NCBI GenBank assembly: GCA_049303835.1
Contig: JBAQNN010000002.1
Location: 94,492 to 158,491, forward strand
Direction: 5' to 3'
Length of the DNA stretch: 64,000 bases
Origin: Minisyncoccia bacterium
GTDB lineage: Bacteria > Patescibacteriota > Minisyncoccia > Phycocordibacterales > UBA9973
The notes under the pieces: generated by a model
The model's input: the letters and a program-made list of their open reading frames with translations, nothing else
Told to the model about the DNA's origin: nothing
The model's database searches: none
Shown here: piece after piece, positions 29,017-35,127 of the stretch
Layout: each line of letters starts with the position of its first letter
How positions within the stretch are numbered: the first letter of the stretch is position 1
Translations under genes and position numbers: made by a program

Positions 29017-29994
29017 TTATCTGCCATCCACTGACCAATGCCAAGGTTCGGATGGTAAGTTAGAAAGACCGTATTTACCGGCATTTGCTTGTAGCCACAC
29101 AAAGCACTTATTATCGCGGGTTTGAATAAATTTTCCATCACACTGTAGATCAAATGCCTTGCCATGGTTGTGATTTGATTGACCTGGAAGAGCTGTGGGT
29201 GGATTACATTTTGCACTTGCGTTTTCGTAGTCTCCATTACAATATTTTATTCTTAATTGTTTCTGTTGTTCTGTAGATCTATATCCCCCACCTGTTATGT
29301 TTAATCCGGCACTTTTTGATGCAACTAGCATGGCGTTAATGTTTGAAACAATATCTTTACATGCAAACATGCTAATTTGGGTTTTTACCACTCCGGCGCT
29401 ACATCCAGATGTAACTCCTGGGGGGTTCCCAGAATCGCTTGCTATTGCGTCTGCTAGTGTTACCTCTACTGTTATTTTTTCTAAACTACTCAGATCAGTC
29501 TTTAGAATATCTGGATTTATTTGGTTTAAGATTGTCCAAGCGCCCAAAGCGAGCACAAGTCCAAAAATAGCGCCAGTGATTCTATGTTTACCGTTTTCTT
29601 TATTAGATATCAGTTCACTAGTCATATACTCCAAACCACCCACCACTATCATTATCACAGCCAACACAGCGCATATACCGATGAAAATACGTATCATTAT
29701 GTTCAAATACTCACCTATTTTGGAATTTTCTCCCTCTGCGCTTGTCGGGTCAAAGGTTTTTAGTTGTCCATCTTCACACCCAGGAGTACCTTTTTCACAA
29801 GGCAGAGGGGCTAAAAAATTATATTTCAAATCATTTTCTTGTGTAGCATTTACGCAGGACACCCCATCAGGAGCAAGTATTTTATCTCCTGTGCATTCAA
29901 CTGCCAAAACAGAGTTGGTGGAGACAAAAAAACTAAAGATTAAAAAAACCAATTGTAATGAGACTATTATCTTTTTAAGCATATCTTTTTTCAT
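29017..29994 (-). CDS. fusion protein: VirB2/TrbC-like T4SS pilin domain + C-terminal M15 (VanY-like) peptidoglycan peptidase
   Basis: 325 aa: signal peptide, YNFLAPLPC motif, two hydrophobic helices (IRIFIGICAVLAVIMIVVGG, ITGAIFGLVLALGAWTILNQI), then GYRSTEQQ...SNHNHGKAFDL...EPWHWS. Confidence 0.6.
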   Translation of the reverse strand: MKKDMLKKIIVSLQLVFLIFSFFVSTNSVLAVECTGDKILAPDGVSCVNATQENDLKYNFLAPLPCEKGTPGCEDGQLKTFDPTSAEGENSKIGEYLNIMIRIFIGICAVLAVIMIVVGGLEYMTSELISNKENGKHRITGAIFGLVLALGAWTILNQINPDILKTDLSSLEKITVEVTLADAIASDSGNPPGVTSGCSAGVVKTQISMFACKDIVSNINAMLVASKSAGLNITGGGYRSTEQQKQLRIKYCNGDYENASAKCNPPTALPGQSNHNHGKAFDLQCDGKFIQTRDNKCFVWLQANAGKYGLSNLPSEPWHWSVDGR

Positions 29995-30980
29995 TAAAAT
30001 TCTACTCTTATTTCTTTACTTGTACCACCGAAAATTTTAAAGGTATCCTCAATCTCCAATTTTATTATAGATGTTCCCGACTGGCCCGACTGGACTGCGA
30101 GGGGCATAATATTCTTTTTATAAGCTGGCACAGCGACTTGATAATCGTTGATAAACCAATTAAATACGAGAGTCGGTATTCGTATTTCTTTAGGTGAGAT
30201 AAAATAAGGTACAGCCTCTATAATTTCATTTCCTTGTATCTTGTGTCCATCAGACAGAATCGTCTCCCAGACAGTTCCCGTAGTCGGGTTCTTTCTGTAA
30301 AATAGAATTTTTGGTTCTACTGTCCCCACAGTAATATTTGCAGCAGAAGAATATTTTTGATCTGTGGTGGAGGCCGTCACTCCTATAGTGCTAGTATCTT
30401 CCAGGTAATCATCTACATAGCTAAAAGAGTTTTTGCCATAACCGGAGGCATCTTGTTTGTTTGTATAGTCTCTCTTCCAAGCATAAACGAGGTTTTTAGA
30501 ATTTACTGTTTGGGTTCCATTTCTAATTTCTGGCATGGCCACTATTTTTATCTCGCTTCCGGTCGTCGGCATAGCCTTGCCACGATAAAAAGGTGGCACA
30601 TGAGAATCGTTTGCTTGCCAAAGGAGAGTCATAATGGATGGGCGGATCGTTATTCTCTTGTCTATAGTTCCGTCCGGTAGAGAGATAGAAGCTACGATGC
30701 TGGTCTCTTTTCCTGCCTCCGGAGCTGTAAGAGAAAAAGACTTTTTACCGATTCCAGACAAAACATTTTTCCCGTCCACAGACCATACGATGAGGACACT
30801 ATCCAGATTGCTGACATAGCTATTCAAGTTGATATTTACATTTTCATTTGGGCCAGGATTTTCCGGAGAGATGTCCACCAAGATACTACTTGAAGAAACA
30901 GCGGTTACTTCGGAAGGGAGAAAAATCCCTGTCAATAAAAGTGTTACTATTAAATATGAAAGTAAAAATCTTAATTGCAT
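29994..30980 (-). CDS. secreted protein of unknown function (T4SS-like operon)
   Basis: 328 aa, N-terminal signal/anchor. Its stop overlaps the start of the next gene by 1 nt. No motif recognised. Confidence 0.6.
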   Translation of the reverse strand: MQLRFLLSYLIVTLLLTGIFLPSEVTAVSSSSILVDISPENPGPNENVNINLNSYVSNLDSVLIVWSVDGKNVLSGIGKKSFSLTAPEAGKETSIVASISLPDGTIDKRITIRPSIMTLLWQANDSHVPPFYRGKAMPTTGSEIKIVAMPEIRNGTQTVNSKNLVYAWKRDYTNKQDASGYGKNSFSYVDDYLEDTSTIGVTASTTDQKYSSAANITVGTVEPKILFYRKNPTTGTVWETILSDGHKIQGNEIIEAVPYFISPKEIRIPTLVFNWFINDYQVAVPAYKKNIMPLAVQSGQSGTSIIKLEIEDTFKIFGGTSKEIRVEF

Positions 30981-31012
30981 AACTCAGCCTAATTATATCA
31001 TATCTGCTTTAC

Positions 31013-31047
31013 AACTTTATAACTTTCAACTTTTGAACTTTATAACT
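31013..31047. repeat. five degenerate 7-8-nt direct repeats AACTTTNN (AAAGTT in mRNA sense)
   Basis: acAACTTTatAACTTTcAACTTTtgAACTTTatAACTa directly after the virB4 stop. Followed in mRNA sense by TGATATAAT. Confidence 0.6.
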
Positions 31048-32893
31048 ATTGTTTACCCTCAGTTTCCGCTCTCTCCTGCTCCTCCTTGGCTTTTCTGTTT
31101 GAAAGTATTTGGGAAGGGTCGGAAGTGATTATCTGGTCTTCAGTATAAGAAGAAATGACTTTTATGGCTACATGCTTTAGGCCGGCAAAGAATATTCCCT
31201 CCCCGAGGCCTGACTCCAAAAGCAGATATTTTTCTTCATCCGTCAGGTTGAAGGTTTTTTGTAAAATATCTATAGTGGTCGGTGATTGTTTAAGGAGAAG
31301 TTGAATAGAAGAGTTTGTAATGATGGGGACACCATAAGGAGATTTCATAAAGTCGGCGGCGTCTTGGGTGATGGTGGAAAGACCGAGATAATATTTTCTA
31401 CCTCTTTTGGCGATAGAGTATAAGAATGAAGCGGTGTCTTCAGATTTCATCATCCACCAAGCCTCATCTACTACCAAGAGGCGCTTTTTCAAATTTTTTC
31501 GTACGGTATTCCAGATATAATGCATGATGATATACATGGCGACGGGTTTTAACTCGTCTTCCATGTCGCGGACGGAAAATACTACGAATTTTTTATTGAT
31601 ATCCACATTGGACGGTCTGTTTAAGAATGTCGCCCAAGAACCCCTCGTATATTTGGCTAGTCTGGTGACGATTGAATCACTTCCATCCATCCCTCCGAGC
31701 ACCATTTCAAAATCTGACAGAAGAGGAGGTTCAATGTTTGAGAAATCAGATTCAGGAGTGATATCTTTCATCGCATAAGTTTCGGAAATAGCTCGGTCTA
31801 CCATTGAATCTTCTTCAGGGGTGAGTCCGCCTAGCATCAATCTGAAAAGCCCTACCAAGTTTATGATATTTGAACGGAGGACATCTTCGGCTGTTTCGCC
31901 TTCGTGAGGAATAGGTAAATCAAAAGGATTGATGTGGTGATCGGAAGAAAGAGAAATATTGAAATATCTTCCACCGACCGCCTCTGACAAGAACTCGTAT
32001 TCCCTTTCCGGATCTATCACTATGACATCAACATCAAACATTAAAGATCTCAAAATTTCTAGCTTAGTGGCATACGATTTTCCGGAGCCGGACTTGGCAA
32101 AGGTCACGGAGTTGTAATTCTCTAGTGAAAATCTATCAAAGATGACTAGGCTGGAATTGTGCCTGTTGATGCCGTAAAGTATTCCTTTGTTGGAAGTCAG
32201 GTCAAAAGAAATAAATGGGAATACACTACTAAGTGGTTCAGAATTCAACTTCTGATGAATACCAAGTATGTCTGTATTTATGGGTATGACGCTCTTAAAA
32301 CCGTCTTCTTGTTGGAAGAGAGCCGGTTTGATATAGATGAGTTTTGATTCAAGGATTGATTTTATCTCATTTTCTATTTTGAAAAGTTCCAACTCGTTGT
32401 CGGCATAAATGGTGATGTAAATACCCACATCAAACATTTTTTCTTGCGCTTGGATCAGATTATTGCGCAGGCCCTCTAGGTCTTGGTAGGCAGTATCAAG
32501 CATAGGGTCGCGCACCATACCCTTACTCTCTCGTACACTTATCTGACTCTGCACCTCGGCGACTTTTTTCTGAAATTGTCTCAAGACCAGAGAAGTGTCT
32601 ATCGGATGAATAAAAATTGAAATATCAAAAACTTTATCCAGATTGATTATAGGAGAGAACCAATTGTCTGTCAGAAATCTAGGATAGGAAATGATGAAAA
32701 AAGTACGAGCGATTTTATCTCCCAAGCTTATGGATTTAGACGATATTTTCAGAGCTGAAGGAGCGATGACATCTTGGAGCTCCAGGGTGGCGGATTGGTA
32801 GATTTCTTCCGGCATCACTGCCAAGACGGAAGCTCTCACTTCCTTTTCCTCCCCTCCTTTTTGTCCACCTAATAATTTTTTTAAAAAGTCCAT
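31046..32893 (-). CDS. virB4: VirB4/TraE-type T4SS ATPase, C-terminal 3/4 (split gene, part 2)
   Basis: 615 aa, Walker A AKSGSGKSY, Walker B LLVVDEAWWMM, ITQDAADF. The N-terminus matches the DxIAPS...yP region that sits at about aa 215 of single-chain Gram-positive VirB4 homologues. Confidence 0.85.
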   Translation of the reverse strand: MDFLKKLLGGQKGGEEKEVRASVLAVMPEEIYQSATLELQDVIAPSALKISSKSISLGDKIARTFFIISYPRFLTDNWFSPIINLDKVFDISIFIHPIDTSLVLRQFQKKVAEVQSQISVRESKGMVRDPMLDTAYQDLEGLRNNLIQAQEKMFDVGIYITIYADNELELFKIENEIKSILESKLIYIKPALFQQEDGFKSVIPINTDILGIHQKLNSEPLSSVFPFISFDLTSNKGILYGINRHNSSLVIFDRFSLENYNSVTFAKSGSGKSYATKLEILRSLMFDVDVIVIDPEREYEFLSEAVGGRYFNISLSSDHHINPFDLPIPHEGETAEDVLRSNIINLVGLFRLMLGGLTPEEDSMVDRAISETYAMKDITPESDFSNIEPPLLSDFEMVLGGMDGSDSIVTRLAKYTRGSWATFLNRPSNVDINKKFVVFSVRDMEDELKPVAMYIIMHYIWNTVRKNLKKRLLVVDEAWWMMKSEDTASFLYSIAKRGRKYYLGLSTITQDAADFMKSPYGVPIITNSSIQLLLKQSPTTIDILQKTFNLTDEEKYLLLESGLGEGIFFAGLKHVAIKVISSYTEDQIITSDPSQILSNRKAKEEQERAETEGKQ

Positions 32894-32900
32894 AATTGTA

Positions 32901-32975
32901 TTTAGGCTTTAGCTTTTAGGCTCTAGGCTCTAGCTTTTGAGTTTGCTAATGCCTAAGGCCTAGTTGCCTAGCGCC
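32901..32975. repeat. heptad hairpin element copy A, (NNTAGGC)n - loop - (GCCTANN)n
   Basis: TTTAGGC TTTAGC TTTTAGGC TCTAGGC TCTAGC / ttttgagttt / GCTAAT GCCTAAG GCCTAGT TGCCTAGC GCC. It fills the gap between the two virB4 parts. Confidence 0.8.
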
Positions 32976-33614
32976 CTACTCTATTTTAATCTTACCCTCC
33001 AATTCTCCGGGGTTGAAAACTTTATAAAATACTTCCACTACTTCTTCGGTATTCAGCTGGGCCGAATTTATTCCACAACGAGACAATCCTTGCTGGATGA
33101 CAGCTACCCTCTCTTCTAGTTGAGATCTCTTCTCTTCAAAATCTATCTGTTTTGCGGCTCGCACTTCTTCTGAATTCTTTTTGGAAAATAGCTTTCCCAA
33201 TATCCCGGAATCTGATTTTAAAGTTGTACGTGAATATGGTATTACAATAAAGAAGTTTTTTGTCATGATACTGACAGATTCAGTAAAGCTTCTTATAAAC
33301 TCTATATATTCCCTAGTTTGCAACTTGATCAACGGCTCATTTTGCACTTTTACTCTGTTTTCTAAAAGGAGTAAATAAGGTCTGATGTCCAGCCTTCTGG
33401 ATTGGACTGATATCTGTACCGGAAAATCCAAGGTGTTTAAAAAATTTTGAAATTGAAGAATGGTCGCATGTTGTTCATCGGAAGATTTCAAGGATAGGTT
33501 GACCGAGTTTGCGAGTACGATGGCTCGGAGCTCACCTTCTTTTAGCACGATGATGCCATCGCGTATCTCTTTGATTGGTATAAATTCTTGTGTTGCTTTT
33601 GCTTTTAATGCCAT
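32976..33614 (-). CDS. virB4: VirB4 N-terminal domain (split gene, part 1)
   Basis: 212 aa, ATQEFIPIKEIRDGIIVL...NLSLKSSDEQHATILQFQNFLNTLDFPVQI resembles the N-terminus of Tn916 Orf16/PrgJ-type VirB4 (recalled from memory). Confidence 0.65.
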   Translation of the reverse strand: MALKAKATQEFIPIKEIRDGIIVLKEGELRAIVLANSVNLSLKSSDEQHATILQFQNFLNTLDFPVQISVQSRRLDIRPYLLLLENRVKVQNEPLIKLQTREYIEFIRSFTESVSIMTKNFFIVIPYSRTTLKSDSGILGKLFSKKNSEEVRAAKQIDFEEKRSQLEERVAVIQQGLSRCGINSAQLNTEEVVEVFYKVFNPGELEGKIKIE

Positions 33615-33623
33615 AAATTTTTT

Positions 33624-33700
33624 CTAGGGCTTTAGGCTCTAGGCGTTAGGCTTTAGCTTTTGTTTCGCTAGAGCCTAGTGCCTAAGGCCTAGCTGCCTGC
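33624..33700. repeat. heptad hairpin element copy B
   Basis: CTAGGGC TTTAGGC TCTAGGC GTTAGGC TTTAGC / ttttgtttc / GCTAGA GCCTAGT GCCTAAG GCCTAGC TGCCTGC. The last 12 nt supply the end of the prgI-like ORF. Confidence 0.8.
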
Positions 33701-34129
33701 ATTTTTCTTTTTACTCAAATCAAGCACGTCCAAGCTCCAGGCCAAATCTCGCAACCTACTTCCATCCAATTTTGAACTGACATTTGGCAGTACTTCATTT
33801 TTATTTTCATCCATGTTTGTAGTTTGCGATTTATTATTTGCTACCCTACCGGTCTTCTTCTTCCAAATATAAAGTTTGTTTTGAGAAAAATATTTAAACC
33901 CTGCTTCAATCATGTTTATAAAAGGCTTATTGTTTGGTTTATAGAAAGTAAGAGCTAAAGAAAACCCGGCGATAATCAAAATAGGGATGGCGCTAAAGAC
34001 GAGCCCTAATAATTTATAAAGCACAAAACACAAACCTGCTCCGCCGGCCAAATAAGCAAACTCCCTAAAAGTAAAAGGGCCGAATATTTTATCTTCTATT
34101 TCTAAAAATTGTGGAACCTTGAATTGCAT
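33689..34129 (-). CDS. PrgI-family (VirB3-like) two-TM T4SS protein
   Basis: MQFKVPQFLEIEDKIFGPFTFREFAYL then two TM helices. I prefer the ATG at 34129 over the track GTG at 34141. Confidence 0.65.
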   Translation of the reverse strand: MQFKVPQFLEIEDKIFGPFTFREFAYLAGGAGLCFVLYKLLGLVFSAIPILIIAGFSLALTFYKPNNKPFINMIEAGFKYFSQNKLYIWKKKTGRVANNKSQTTNMDENKNEVLPNVSSKLDGSRLRDLAWSLDVLDLSKKKNAGS

Positions 34130-34140
34130 AAATACAGGCA

Positions 34141-34542
34141 CTAGGCTTTAGGCGCTAGGCTCTAGCTGAGAAATTAGTTTATTCAACATTTTCATAATTT
34201 CTTCTAATAAAGAACCCACTTTATTATAATCTAATTTTGCAGTTTTGGGTAATTTTTTAGATATTATTAGCTGAGTTTCTAGCTCCGCACCAGAAGCAAA
34301 GGCAATAAGTAAGAATCTTTTGAATTCTGGAATTCCTCCTCGCATTTTCCCTTCTGCAATATTAGAAGGTATGGATACTGCCGCCCTACGAATTTGTGAG
34401 GTTAAACCATAAATTTCTTCCTTCGAAAATTTGTCTGTGAGTTCATAAACTGCTATTACAAGCTCTATCGATTTTTGCCACACGACTAAATCTCTATATG
34501 TTTTCATGTGTTTTTTACTAGCGCCTAATGCCTAGAGCCTAG
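34141..34542 (-). mobile_element. heptad hairpin element copy C carrying a four-helix-bundle (IVS-type) gene in place of the loop
   Basis: Left arm 34141-34166: CTAGGC TTTAGGC GCTAGGC TCTAGC. Right arm 34518-34542: CTAGC GCCTAAT GCCTAGA GCCTAG. By hand pairing the arms form a ~26-bp helix around the ORF. Confidence 0.55.
34148..34507 (-). CDS. four-helix-bundle protein (23S rRNA intervening-sequence protein family)
   Basis: 119 aa, MKTYRDLVVWQKSIELVIAVYELT...SIPSNIAEG...AELETQLIIS, the signature pattern of this family. The last codons (LEPSA) are encoded by the repeat arm. Confidence 0.85.
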   Translation of the reverse strand: MKTYRDLVVWQKSIELVIAVYELTDKFSKEEIYGLTSQIRRAAVSIPSNIAEGKMRGGIPEFKRFLLIAFASGAELETQLIISKKLPKTAKLDYNKVGSLLEEIMKMLNKLISQLEPSA

Positions 34543-34548
34543 AAAATA

Positions 34549-35100
34549 TTACTCCGGTATCTCCCTATACGGATCAATTTTAGGAACATCTGCTCTATTT
34601 CCACTGGTCTTTTCTTCTTTAGTAATATTTTCTATTGAGTGGTCCGTCTCTACAACAGGATTTTTTACAAGGCCGGATAGTTTTTGGGCCAAAATGGGAT
34701 GTGGAGAATCTATCTCCAGTTTTTCCGGCACAATCTCAATCCCAGCGGATTTTAGTATCTCTGTGTCGTTCTCCTCTTCTTTTATCTTTGATGAATCTAT
34801 TAATTTTTCTCGGATTTCCTTCAATATTTTTTCATTAACGTCATTTACTATGGTGTGGATTTTTTCCTCCGGCAGTTTTAGACTGTTTCTGACCGACTCT
34901 TCAAATTTATCCGGATGAGTAAACCCAAACATCACCATGTGTGTCTCAAGTGACAATTGACCCATCTGTTCTACGTTTAGATTTTCTTTTTGACCTATTT
35001 CTATAATGTTATCGTCCACATTGGCCGCCATGATTGACCATTTTAGGTCTTCCGGCAAGCTCTCAAATTTTTTTTGTATTTCTTCTAATGATATTTCCAT
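34549..35100 (-). CDS. acidic hypothetical protein (T4SS-like operon)
   Basis: 183 aa, no TM helix, no motif recognised. Confidence 0.55.
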   Translation of the reverse strand: MEISLEEIQKKFESLPEDLKWSIMAANVDDNIIEIGQKENLNVEQMGQLSLETHMVMFGFTHPDKFEESVRNSLKLPEEKIHTIVNDVNEKILKEIREKLIDSSKIKEEENDTEILKSAGIEIVPEKLEIDSPHPILAQKLSGLVKNPVVETDHSIENITKEEKTSGNRADVPKIDPYREIPE

Positions 35101-35127
35101 AATATTTTTTATTAGAGCTGATAATTA

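Noticed and set aside
29297-30040. Long antisense ORFs in the track (for example 29297-30040 + 247 aa, 35504-36079 + 191 aa, 47981-48565 + 194 aa, 60898-61425 - 175 aa, 54515-55054 - 179 aa, and many 60-140 aa ones).
   Set aside because: Each lies entirely inside, and antisense to, a longer ORF with clear family motifs. Their translations are low-complexity (S/F/L/I-rich), as expected for shadow frames of AT-rich genes.
32901-34542. A CRISPR array, considered because of the repeated TAGGC/GCCTA units.
   Set aside because: The repeat period is 7 nt with no spacers, the arms are mutually complementary, and no cas genes are present.
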